NCBI RefSeq assembly: GCF_001194135.2
Contig: NC_069004.1
Coordinates: forward strand, 25,354,085-25,397,606
Direction of reading: 5' to 3'
Source of the DNA: Octopus bimaculoides
Lineage: Eukaryota
DNA: 43,522 nucleotides
Every line of letters begins with the position of its first letter. Position 1 is the first letter of the stretch. Below are positions 1 to 10,724 of the stretch, piece by piece. The notes under the pieces are model-generated. The model did not search any database. It saw nothing but the letters and a program-made list of their open reading frames with translations, and had not been told where the DNA came from. Position numbers and translations under genes: made by a program.

Positions 1-68
<68 letters not shown>
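1..68. repeat. (AGAT)n microsatellite
   Basis: Perfect array. Confidence 0.99.
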
Positions 69-75
69 GTGTATG

Positions 76-303
76 GAGGTATGTGGCTTAGTGGTTATGG
101 TGTTGAACTTATGATGGTAAGATTGTGGTTTCGATTCCTGGACAGGGCGATTCGTTATATTCTTGGGCAAACCATTTCATTTCACGTTGCCCCAGTCCAC
201 TCAGCTGGTAGAAACGAGTAATCCTGTGATGGACAAGCGTCCCATCCAAGGAAGAATATATACGCCAGAGAAAGCAGGAAACCGGCCCTATGCTTCTTAT
301 AGG
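76..303 (+). mobile_element. SINE family C (tRNA head)
   Basis: GTGGCTTAGTGG..GGTTTCGATTCC A/B-box-like head; catttcacgttgccccagtccactcagctgg core shared with 41289-41515. Confidence 0.8.
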
Positions 304-342
304 ATAATGTAGACTAAGTACCTAGGACAAAACCTCACTCAC

Positions 343-468
343 CTGTACAGATATATTGAGGATGTAGTGCGTAGACCCAGTTGGCCACATTGTGTCATAG
401 TCAAGGACTTCTGTAAGGATGATTTCCCGCCCTCCAGCTGACAGAGAGAACTTTCCCCTTCCATCTAC
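343..468 (-). CDS. Cadherin gene coding exon 7 (VDGRGKFSLSAGGREIILTEVLDYDTMWPTGSTHYILNISVQ); gene continues left of the window
   Basis: Acceptor ttcttttacccatgtag, donor CAG|gtgagt; 126 nt, phase 0-0; F.L...I.L..LDY and Y.L.I.V cadherin pattern. Confidence 0.92.
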
Positions 469-599
469 CTACATGGGTAAAAGAAATCAATAAGTAAAAA
501 CAAAAAAAAAAACGAAATATGGCAAAAACATAGGAGGAAAGTTAGAGAGATATCAATGCGCCGGATAAAATGCAGAACTGAATTTTATCCGGGTTTTAT

Positions 600-1300
600 G
601 AATGTAGAAGTGAATGAAAGAGGGAATGAATTAGTAAAGGAAAAATAAGTGTGTATGAGGAATGGGTAAATGAATGAATGAATGAATAAAGTAATGAAAG
701 AGTTAGTTAAGGAATGAGTGATGGATAGAAGAATGAAGGAATCAATAAATTACTCAATGAATGAATCGATCAATCAATGAAGTGCCATTGAATGTATGAA
801 TGAATGAAAGAGAGAATGAGTAATAGTTGTTTGGTTCTATACATGAGTGAATGATTTAATGAATGAATGGGTGAATGAGTGAATGAATGAACGGATGGAT
901 GGGTTAAAGAATGAGTCAATGGATCAATTGATGAATGAGTAATGGGTACTTGAATGAAGGAATGAATAAACTAATTGGTGAATGGATCGATACAGGAGAG
1001 AAGGTTTCAACGACTGAATCAATCGATAGATCAATAATTGAATGAATGAACGAATGAGTGAATAAAAAAATAGATTATTATGAATGAATCTTTACACGAG
1101 GGGAAGACTTGATCAATTGATGGATGAATGAATGGATGGATGAATGAATGAATGAGTGAATAACTAAGTGGCTGGCTGTACCTATATATGAGAAAAGGAA
1201 TAAATTAATGAATGAACAGCTCAATGAATGAATCACCAGATTAATAGATGAATGAGTGATGAATAAATAAATGTACGATTGAATGAACGAATGAATAATT
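600..1300. repeat. Degenerate (GAAT)n/(GGAT)n tract
   Basis: Dense tgaatgaatg motifs throughout intron 6. Confidence 0.85.
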
Positions 1301-1393
1301 CTTTTCTCCTATTGCCGTAAGACCTGAAATATTGAGGTGAAGGAAGAAGGCAAATCGATTACATCGGCCATAGTAAAATGGATGAATTGATCG

Positions 1394-1576
1394 GTATTTC
1401 GTCTGCGGTTACGTTCTGATTTCAAATTCCGCCGAGGTCGACTTTGCCTTTCATCCTTTCGGGGTCGATAAATTAAGTACCAGTTATGCACTGGGGTCGA
1501 TGTAATCGACTTAATCCCTTTGTCTGTCCTTGTTTGTCCCCTCTGTGTTTAGCCCCTTGTAGGCAATAAAGAAAAA
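1394..1576 (+). mobile_element. SINE family B (tail type 1), 5'-truncated, 19-bp TSD
   Basis: ttcaaattccgccgaggtcgactttgcctttcatcctttcggggtcgataaattaagtacc core; TSD AAAATGGATGAATTGATCG at 1375-1393 and 1577-1595. Confidence 0.9.
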
Positions 1577-1718
1577 AAAATGGATGAATTGATCGATACG
1601 TGAGTGAAGGAATCGGTTAACGAATAAATGAATTGATCAATAGATGGATGAAGACACGAGTGATAAATGAAGGGGTGGGGAAGGAGTGTTCCAGTTGAAA
1701 ATAACGGACGTTACTTAC

Positions 1719-1826
1719 CTCGCTGTCGTTGTAAGGATGAAGACGAAACAACGCAATACTCCCAGTGATGTCATCATCTATAGCTTTATCGTTCAGAGTG
1801 AAAATGATGCTTCCTGGCATTGTTAA
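1719..1826 (-). CDS. Cadherin gene coding exon 6 (LTMPGSIIFTLNDKAIDDDITGSIALFRLHPYNDSE)
   Basis: Acceptor tactttcatttcag, donor GAG|gtaagt; 108 nt, phase 0-0; PGS.I and A.DxD cadherin motifs. Confidence 0.92.
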
Positions 1827-1865
1827 CTGAAATGAAAGTAACAACAACAATAATAATAATAGTTT

Positions 1866-2075
1866 AACATTATAGGCACAAGGCCTGTATGTTCGGGAGA
1901 GGGGTTACATTGACTACATCGACCCCCAGTATTTAACAGGTACTTATTTTATCGACACCGACAGGATGAAAGGCAAAGTCAACCTCAGCGGAATTTGAAC
2001 TCAGTGCGTAAAGACAGATGAAATGTCACTAAGCATTTTGTCCAGCCTGTTGATGATTCTGCCAGCTCACCGCCT
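1866..2075 (-). mobile_element. SINE family B (tail type 2)
   Basis: aggcacaaggcc...atcgaccccag...ggatgaaaggcaaagtcaacctcagcggaatttgaactcag...ctgccagctcaccgcct. Confidence 0.85.
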
Positions 2076-2088
2076 TAAGAACAACAAC

Positions 2089-2154
<66 letters not shown>
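2089..2154. repeat. (AAT)n microsatellite
   Basis: Perfect array at a SINE-B junction. Confidence 0.98.
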
Positions 2155-2393
2155 CCTTCTACTAAAGGCACAAGATCAGCGGTTTTGGAGGAGGGATTAA
2201 ATCGACTAAATTGACCGCAAAGACGGACAAAATGTTGCTAAGCTCGCGGAAAATTCTAAATTTTTATCATTGCTAAACAAAAAATATTATTGAAACTAGT
2301 GTGGTATATGTGTAAATAAATTTATTTTAAACAATTACAAGTTTTTCAAGTTTAGGTTCATTTTCAAAAACAAATTTGCCTATATGTATGTGT

Positions 2394-2428
<35 letters not shown>

Positions 2429-2654
2429 NNNNNNNNNNNNNNNNNNNNNNNNNNNNNNNNNNNNNNNNNNNNNNNNNNNNNNNNNNNNNNNTATATATAT
2501 ATATATATATATTTGAAAGTCTCTGTGAAAATTACTTAATACAGTTTTTACATATGAAGGGGAATTTTAAAACATTATTTTTTTAATGTCATAAAATCTT
2601 TTATCAGGCTGTTACTAACCTTTTGGGAAGTGTTCTCCTAGTGTGCGTGAGCGC

Positions 2655-2686
2655 TTATACATACATACATACATACATACATACAT

Positions 2687-2765
<79 letters not shown>

Positions 2766-2770
2766 CATAC
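2655..2770. repeat. Compound (TACA)n(CA)n(TA)n microsatellite
   Basis: Read directly. Confidence 0.98.
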
Positions 2771-2838
2771 ACACATGCATGCATACATTTATACACACAT
2801 ATATACACACATGTTATCCTATACAGGGTGATACATAC

Positions 2839-2922
2839 CTCATCAATATCAGTGACATAAGATGACATTGTAAAATACGGCCGCTTTTCATTGACATCAG
2901 CAATAGCTACACTTTGCTTGTA
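2839..2922 (-). CDS. Cadherin gene coding exon 5 (YKQSVAIADVNEKRPYFTMSSYVTDIDE)
   Basis: Acceptor atttgtctttcag, donor GAG|gtatgt; 84 nt, phase 0-0; DVNxxxPxF...Y...I.E is the EC1-EC2 linker pattern. Confidence 0.92.
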
Positions 2923-3055
2923 CTGAAAGACAAATATCATTAACATAATTAATACAAATTCTACACGGACTACCAAATTCAGCTTGCGTCATAAACAAAT
3001 AAATACATGGAGTCATATACCGTATTTCCAGGATCATAAGTTATATTCCTACAAA

Positions 3056-3830
3056 GAGGGCCTGATTAAGACCCATAGAGGCCCTAAAAGATTTTGGTTC
3101 CCCCATGTATATGTATTTCAAAATATTAACAATAATAAACTATAAAACAAATTTTTATTTTTCAAAATGTTAGAAAACTAACAGTAAGATAGAAAATAAT
3201 ACTCTTTACTCTCTTTTACTCTTTTACTTGTTTCAGTCATTTGACTGTGGCCATGCTGGAGCACCGCCTTTAGTCGAGTAAATCGACCCCAGGACTTATT
3301 CTTTGTAAGCCTAGTACTTATTCTATCGGTCTCTTTTGCCGAACCGCTAAGTTACGGGGACGTAAACACACCCCAAGCGATGTTGGGGGACAAACACAGA
3401 CACACAAACATATACACACACATACATACATACACACACACACGCATATATANNNNNNNNNNNNNNNNNNNNNNNNNNNNNNNNNNNNNNNNNNNNNNNN
3501 NNNNNNNNNNNNNNNNNNNNNNNNNNNNNNNNNNTATATATATACGACGGGCTCCTCTCAGTTTCCGTCTACCAAATCCACTCACAAGGCTTTAGTCGGT
3601 CCGAGACTATAGTAGAAGACATTTACCCAAGGTGCCACGCAATGGGACTGAACCCAGAACCATGTGGTTGGTAAGCAAGCTACTTACCACACACAGCCAC
3701 TCCTACGCCTATAAGGTTTATTATAATGTTTATTTTTGTATACTTCTACTTTATTTATATTTGAAATACTTTTTTTTTATTGCAAAGTTTTTGATCAGAT
3801 TCGCACGATGACACCATAAACATTTCGACA
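3056..3830 (+). mobile_element. Second copy of the same hAT-like MITE, split by a SINE-A insertion
   Basis: gagggcctgattaagacccatagaggccct start; aactaacagtaagat and ataatgtttatttttgtatacttc are contiguous in the 15901 copy but separated by the SINE here. A third start-only fragment lies at about 4015-4060. Confidence 0.6.
3201..3710 (-). mobile_element. SINE family A (tRNA head, CORE-like segment, internal microsatellite), full length
   Basis: Head TGGCTGTGTG..GGTTCAGTCCC (Pol III A/B-box-like), CCTTGGGCAAGTG-type CORE-like motif, internal CA/TA array with gap, tail GACTGAAACAAGTAAAAGAGT. Confidence 0.85.
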
Positions 3831-4157
3831 TTAACCTAAATATATTCTAAACGTCCTTGCTTGTTTACCCTTAGCTAACCCTCGTTTCATACTTTCTAAG
3901 TAATATATAAAACATCCCTTTCAAACGTCCTAAAGTATTGTAATGGTTGAAAAAACATTGGGAATAGGTGTCATATGTGATGCATGAACGCCAAGGAAGT
4001 ATGTAAGTGGGAGAAGGACCGGACTAAGATGTATGGAGGCCCTAAGAACTCAGCGAAATTAAAGAAAGTGGGAATGAGAGAAAAAAAAACTGATTTCATT
4101 GTAAAAATGCGATAATTCCTACAACTGGAAGAAACTTCAAAATCATTGATGTATGAT

Positions 4158-4625
4158 CAGGAGTGGCTGTGTGGAAAGTAGCTTGCTTACCTACCACATT
4201 GTTCCGGCTTCAGTCCCACTGCGTGGCACCTTGGGCAAGTGTCTTCTACTATAGCCTCGAGCCGACCAAAGCCTTGTGAGTGGATTTGGTAGACGGAAAC
4301 TGAAAGAAGCCCGTCGTATATANNNNNNNNNNAGCCGACCAAAGCCTTGTGAGTGGATTTGGTAGACGGAAACTGAAAGAAGCCCGTCGTATATATGTAT
4401 ATATATATATATGTGTGTGTGCATATGTTGTGTGTCTCTGTTTGTTCCCCCAACATCGCTTGATGCTGCTGCATTTAGGTCCCCGAAACTTAGCAGTTCA
4501 GCAAAAGTGACCGATAGAATAAGTACCAGGCTTATAAAGAATAAGTCCTGGGGTCGATTTGATTCGACTAAAAGGCGGTGCTCCAGCATGGCTGCAGTCA
4601 AATGACTGAAACAAGTAAAAGAATA
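4158..4625 (+). mobile_element. SINE family A, full length
   Basis: Same head, internal TA/TG array and tail; 63 bp duplicated across a 10-N gap. Confidence 0.85.
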
Positions 4626-4739
4626 ACAGTATATAGGGTGTACAGTCTCAACAAAGGTGACAATGTGTGAGGTGAAGAGGTTAGTAGAAAACAAAAAAAT
4701 AGATTTAGGCGAGTTTGCTGAATGTTCATCTCGACAGAT

Positions 4740-4808
4740 ATGTAGAAGATGAACATGTAGAAGATGAACATGTAGAAGATGAACATGTAGAAGATGAACA
4801 TGTAGAAG
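4740..4808. repeat. Perfect 15-bp minisatellite ATGTAGAAGATGAAC x4.6
   Basis: Read directly. Confidence 0.97.
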
Positions 4809-5768
4809 CATGGCCTAACGGATAGGACTGCATGGAAGGTGCATTAGAGTATAAGGAAAAAGACCATGAAGTTGCACTGATAGATGATTATTGGAAGGAA
4901 GAAACAAATTATGAACTAAAGTAAACATGCAAATAAAAATCCGTTAAAATAATGTGGAATCGGTAAAACAATAGATGACTCCATAGATGTCTTTCTCAAC
5001 GAAAATGGCTGCCAGCTGCGAAACAGTTTCCCATAGTGATGGTGGTCGCCATGTTAGATTTGGAAAATGATACTTTCAGAAAATTCAAGACTCCTCGTGA
5101 AGCATGTCGAGATAGAAACAATATAATGGACGCAATTCAAACCATATAAACTTGAGTTAATTCCCTTTGGGTAGCTGCTGGTGGGGATGAATAGAAAACA
5201 TCATTTATATGTAAAATGAGGAGTCATTAAAAGAAGGAAAAGAAAGATAAGAACAAGCATAGAGGAAGCATAAGGAAAAAAGCAACGAGGAAAATATATA
5301 ACGATAAGAATAAAATTAGAAAGAAAAGAAATATTACAAGAATAAATTAAGTTTGGATATATAATTGGGTCCGATTGAGGCGAAATTAGTGCAGTATTAT
5401 CAATTAATATATATGTATATATATATATATNNNNNNNNNNNNNNNNNNNNNNNNNNNNNNNNNNNNNNNNNNNNNNNNNNNNNNNNNNNNNNNNNNNNNN
5501 NNNNNNNNNNNNNNNNNNNNNNNNNNNNNNNNNNNNNNNNNNNNNNNNNNNNNNNNNNNNNNNNNNNNNNNNNNNNNNNNNNNNNNNNNNNNNNNNNNNN
5601 NNNNNNNNNNNNNNNNNNNNNNNNNNNNNNNNNNNNNNNNNNNNNNNNNNNNNNNNNNNNNNNNNNNNNNNNNNNNNNNNNNNNNNNNNNNNNNNNNNNN
5701 NNNNNNNNNNNNNNNNNNNNNNNNNNNNNNNNNNNNNNNNNNNNNNNNNNNNNNNNNNNNNNNNNNNN

Positions 5769-5856
<88 letters not shown>

Positions 5857-6310
5857 TTATGTACATACATACATACATGCATACAGAGAGACTCAACCAT
5901 CTACACATAAAGGTAGGTTAATCCATTGCGAATGGAGGGTCGAGGATTATGAAAATAGAAGAAAGAACGAAAATCTGTTCGCCTGTGTAGAAAAAGGAAA
6001 TGATATAAAGTGCGTGTGTGACTATTAAACATAGAACCAAGTAGTCCAGACTTAGTATGAAATTCCAGTTTTTCAGGAAATATTTGCTAATGTGACAGCA
6101 TTTAACAAGTATTTACTCTTGGCAAATATTTGTTGAAAAACTGGATTCTGTACTATATGGTGCTGCGCATAATATTCAGACACTCTATAGCTTATATAAA
6201 CGAGCAGATCTTTTCATTTTTCTCATTTGATGTCCCTAAATCTTCCAGACGGCGGATTAAAATATATGTTTCATGCATGTGAGTGTGTTTGTGTGTACAT
6301 ATATACCTAT

Positions 6311-6555
6311 TTTTTCTTTTCTTTTATTTGTTTCAGTCATTTGACTGCGACCATGCTGGGGTACCGCCTTTAGTCGAGAAAATCGACCCCAGGACTTATC
6401 CTTTGTAAGCCTAGTACTTATACTATCGTTCTGTCTTGCCGAACCGCTAAGTAACGGGGACGTAAACACACAAGCATCGGTTGTCAAGCGATGTTGTGGG
6501 GACAAACACAGACAGACACACAAACATATATATATATATATATATATGTATATAT
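6311..6555 (-). mobile_element. SINE family A, 3' half (rest in gap)
   Basis: tttcagtcatttgactgcgaccatgctgg...ggacaaacacagac then TA array and gap. Confidence 0.85.
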
Positions 6556-7024
6556 NNNNNNNNNNNNNNNNNNNNNNNNNNNNNNNNNNNNNNNNNNNNN
6601 NNNNNNNNNNNNNNNNNNNNNNNNNNNNNNNNNNNNNNNNNNNNNNNNNNNNNNNNNNNNNNNNNNNNNNNNNNNNNNNNNNNNNNNNNNNNNNNNNNNN
6701 NNNNNNNNNNNNNNNNNNNNNNNNNNNNNNNNNNNNNNNNNNNNNNNNNNNNNNNNNNNNNNNNNNNNNNNNNNNNNNNNNNNNNNNNNNNNNNNNNNNN
6801 NNNNNNNNNNNNNNNNNNNNNNNNNNNNNNNNNNNNNNNNNNNNNNNNNNNNNNNNNNNNNNNNNNNNNNNNNNNNNNNNNNNNNNNNNNNNNNNNNNNN
6901 NNNNNNNNNNNNNNNNNNNNNNNNNNNNNNNNNNNNNNNNNNNNNNNNNNNNNNNNNNNNNNNNNNNNNNNNNNNNNNNNNNNNNNNNNNNNNNNNNNNN
7001 NNNNNNNNNNNNNNNNNNNNNNNN

Positions 7025-7245
7025 AGCCAACGAGGGAACTTGGGTCAATGAGGGAATTTGAGTAAAAGAGCGTAGTTGAACCAAGAAAAGAAGTTGAGCC
7101 TAGAATAGAAGTTGAACCTAAGAACGATGCTGAACCATTGAGGGATGTTAAGCTACTGTAGAAAATTGATCTAATGACGGAAATTGAGCCAATGAAAGAA
7201 ATTGAATTCATAGAAAAGGCTGAAATTGAGCCTACGAGGGATAAT
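7025..7245. repeat. Degenerate 18-bp minisatellite (GAAGTTGAGCCTAGAATA-like)
   Basis: gttgaacc/gttgagcc/attgagcc recur every 18 bp or so. Confidence 0.75.
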
Positions 7246-7902
7246 TAATCAACAAAAGATCTTCTAGCGGTCGCTCGCTTGACCTGCTAGAAATAGTAAC
7301 TGAATCTTCAAATCAAACTTCACAGTCTTAAAAGCGGGGCGTCTGCTGAATGCCTTATAGTATTTAGTTTCATCCATCACCAAAGATTGATTTACTTAAC
7401 AATAATCCTAGCCCTATATATAAATATCACGCTTGCATTCTTGGCGATTCAGTTATTTATATCCTTGCTATTAAAAATAAATTGTTACTTTTGTTATTGT
7501 TTAACTCAGCCCAAGTCGACCCTATTGAACCTTATCCTATTGAATAATATCACAGTTCTGATTACTATTTTTCTTTCATTTAGAGACACATTGTGCCTAG
7601 GGCTACATTATCCAATTTGTCCTTCCGTTGTCTATTAAATGATTCTGTGGAATTTGATGGAGATCTGGCTGCTGTTTTCAATAGATCAAGTTATTTCATT
7701 GAGACTTCTTCATAGTCTCATTGTTGGTGTTGCTGATGATAAGTGTGGTAGATTCTATTACAAATGTTTCTATAGCTATTTGCTTACGTATGTTGTGTGA
7801 ATATGTGTATGTATATCTAAGACTACACTATCGAATGTGTCCTGTTTCTAAGAAGGTAACTGCGGGATTGGAGAGCGCTGATTGGTTGTTTTCCTTTTGT
7901 AT

Positions 7903-8142
7903 TCTTTTACTCTTTTTACTTGTTTCAGCTATTTGACTGCAGCCATGTTGGAGCACCGCCTTAAAGGGTGTTAGTCGAAGAAATCGACCTCAGGACTTAT
8001 TCTTTTGTTACCCTAGTACTTATTCTATCGGTCACTTTTACCGAACCGCTAACTTACGGGGACATAAACACACCAGCATCAGTTGTCAAGCGATGGTGGG
8101 ACGACAAACACAGACACACAAATACACAGACATACACACACA

Positions 8143-8176
<34 letters not shown>

Positions 8177-8184
8177 TACGCACA

Positions 8185-8228
<44 letters not shown>

Positions 8229-8402
8229 GTATGTATGTATACAACGGACTTCTAGTTTCCATCTTCTAAATCCACTCACAAAGCTATGGTCAGCCTGAGG
8301 TTATAGTAGAAGACACATGCCCAAGGTGCCACGAAGTGGTACTGAACCCGGAACCATGTGGTTGAGAAGCAAGCTTCTTACCACACGGCTACGCCTGCGC
8401 CT
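7903..8402 (-). mobile_element. SINE family A, full length
   Basis: Tail at 7903, internal CA/TA array 8110-8240, head ending ...cttaccacacggctacgcctgcgcc. Confidence 0.85.
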
Positions 8403-8496
8403 TTTAAAACAAAACAATGTAATAATAACAACGTTAGTAAGAAACGAGATTGAATCGAACACAAAACCTCGTCGTAAAATAATGGCGAAGCCTTAC

Positions 8497-8559
8497 CGTG
8501 TGAGTCATGCCGTCCTCTGTGCAGTTAAGTGTGTATTTCAAAGATTCTATGACAGGTTC
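8497..8559 (-). CDS. Cadherin gene coding exon 4 (EPVIESLKYTLNCTEDGMTHT)
   Basis: Acceptor tttgtatttcttttgcaacag, donor ACG|gtaagg; 63 nt, phase 0-0; supplies the strand expected between PDLE and the DVN linker. Confidence 0.85.
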
Positions 8560-8754
8560 CTGTTGCAAAAGAAATACAAAAATTCAGGAAAATAAAGTAA
8601 AATGAGGCGAAGAAGGTTTGGCAAAATCTGTGAAATGGTAAAATTATAAAATAAACAATTATTAGATTTTACAGTTATTTTTATAAGCCATTTATTCAGG
8701 AAGGCCTCGTAACGCATGGAGGCATTTTGATCAGTGTTTAGGGTGATGTTACGT

Positions 8755-8885
8755 CCCTTGATCGTAAAATTGTGACTTCGGTCCCTGAACCGGACAATGC
8801 GTTGTGTTCTTCAGCAAAGTACTTCAAGTTGATCAGCTGGCAAAAATGAGTGACCCTACAACAGACAAGCGTCCCATTCAAGGGT
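8755..8885 (+). mobile_element. SINE family C fragment
   Basis: gatcgtaaaattgtgacttcgg...aatgcgttgtgttcttcagcaaag...cagctggcaaaaatgagt. Confidence 0.65.
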
Positions 8886-9654
8886 GAAACAGGACTTATG
8901 GGTCTGAATGACTTGGGAAGGAGCTTTAACCTTTTTTTTATGGAAACGTCATGACTTCGATTAAACAGGAAATCTAAGCCCCGGATACTTGCAACAAAGT
9001 GAACTCTGGTAAAGGTTCCCAACGGTCATTTGGTGGGGTTAAACCGGGCTACGGTTTAAGTCTAGTGGCGGTGGATCTCCGTCGTTCGACGATGAGGATT
9101 CGGTTGTTCAACAGAATTAACTGCCCTTCAATTATCGAGTAAATCGCTGAGTATTTCACATGTATGTATAACCTTAATGAAATTTAGGGATGTCACTGTC
9201 ATCATTTCTAGTGAATTCCCTTTTATATTTTTAAACTCCTAAACTGCATGTTAACCCAGCTAATGAGAAGGTGCATAATTAATATATAGTGGTGCTGGTT
9301 CTCCGTCGTTCGACGAAGAAGATTCACTTGTTTAATCAATTGAATTACCTGCTCCTGAATTATGGCGCCAATAACGGAGAATCGCAAAACACGCAGACTC
9401 TTAGCGTAATTCTCAGGCAGAACCAGCGTGACACAATGTTGTGACAAGACTGAAACTTTTGAATCACAGGTACAGTCCATTGAAGGACTCCCATTCAATT
9501 TTTGTCAATCCAATTTGACACGAGGTAAAAGAAAATGACATTTTCTAACGATGTTACTCAATAGGATCGAATACGTACACTGAAAAAATCACATACACAC
9601 GCACATATATGCATGCGTATTTGTATGTATGTATGTATGTATGTATGTATGTAT

Positions 9655-9850
9655 AAAGGTGAGATGCCAAAATCTTTAGCATGTCGCATAGAATACTTAG
9701 CAACATTTCGTCCGTCTTTATGTACTGAGTCCATATTCCGGCGATGTCAACTTTGCATTTCATCCTTACGGGTCGATAAAAGAGGTACCAGTTGAGTACT
9801 GAGGATCGATTAGCCCTATCCCCCAAATTTGAGGCCCCTTCCCTATAGTG
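9655..9850 (+). mobile_element. SINE family B
   Basis: aaggtgagatgccaaaatctttagc...ctttgcatttcatccttacgggtcgataaa...ccccaaatttgaggcccctt. Confidence 0.8.
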
Positions 9851-9869
9851 TTTACACACATATATACAT

Positions 9870-9901
<32 letters not shown>

Positions 9902-9902
9902 T

Positions 9903-10109
9903 CATTTCTACTCTAGGCACAAGGCCCGGTGGGGAGGGGTGCCAGTCGATTAGATCGACCCCTGTATGCAACTAGTACTTAATTTATCGACCCCGAAAAG
10001 ATGAAAGGCAAAGTCAACCTCGGCGGAATTTGAACTCAGAACGTAAAGACTGACAAAACACCGCTAAGCATTTCGCCCGTCGCGCTAACGATTCTGCCAG
10101 CATGCCGCC

Positions 10110-10110
<1 letters not shown>
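9903..10110 (-). mobile_element. SINE family B, tail-to-tail with the 9655 copy
   Basis: tctactctaggcacaaggccc...gatgaaaggcaaagtcaacctcggcggaatttgaactcagaacg...ctgccagcatgccgcct. Confidence 0.88.
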
Positions 10111-10143
<33 letters not shown>

Positions 10144-10560
10144 TTATATATTATAATACAATATATATATATTTACGTGTGTGCATACACACACACACAC
10201 ATACACACACATATATCTTGATAATGTTGTAGGTGTCGTGGTGCTTTGGGTACTCTGTAGATGTGGTGGAGCTGATCCCTCTCCAGGAGAGAATACAAGC
10301 GATAGTTTCAAGAAATTTGGGGAAATAATGAGACAGAAAGAAAAAAAAACGAGCTGGATAGACAGTAGTGCAAGACTACTACTTAATGTATCGACCCGAA
10401 AGGAAGAAAGACAAAATTGACTTCGCTGGTATTTGAACCCAGAATCCAGAAAGTCAGAATGATTACACTAAAGAGATCTATCCGATACTTTAATGAAAAT
10501 GGCAACATCTAAGAAACGAAACTATTTTCTCAGCCGAATTTACTCACAAGTTTTACCTAC

Positions 10561-10724
10561 CTTGGAATCTTTCTGGTTTATTTCTTCTAAGTCAGGTGAC
10601 TGGATAAATCTGATCACATGATCTCCGCTTGCTGTTGTGTTCATTTCAAGATAGCCAAACGGTTCTTCTTCTTGAAACTCCCATTTTTCTTTTCTGTTAA
10701 ACGGTATTTTCAGAATAACTGTTC
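10561..10724 (-). CDS. Cadherin gene coding exon 3 (GTVILKIPF...IQSPDLEEINQKDSK)
   Basis: Acceptor ttcccattgacag, donor AAG|gtaggt; 164 nt, phase 1-0; PDLE is equivalent to the cadherin xDxE (LDRE/PDYE) motif. Confidence 0.9.

Noticed and set aside
76-130. tRNA genes at SINE heads (also 4158 and 38955)
   Set aside because: Only A/B-box-like motifs followed by SINE bodies; no complete cloverleaf.
4260-4395. 63-bp tandem duplication inside SINE-A
   Set aside because: Identical copies abut a 10-N gap, a classic unmerged contig overlap.
5895-5985. Possible minus-strand exon after a strong acceptor (tttcctttttctacacag)
   Set aside because: All three frames hit stops and there is no good donor; the protein is already continuous from exon 4 to exon 5.
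10541-10547. Alternative donor gtgagt 13 nt downstream of the exon 3 donor
   Set aside because: Using it shifts the frame of exon 4; the gtaggt donor fits the phase.
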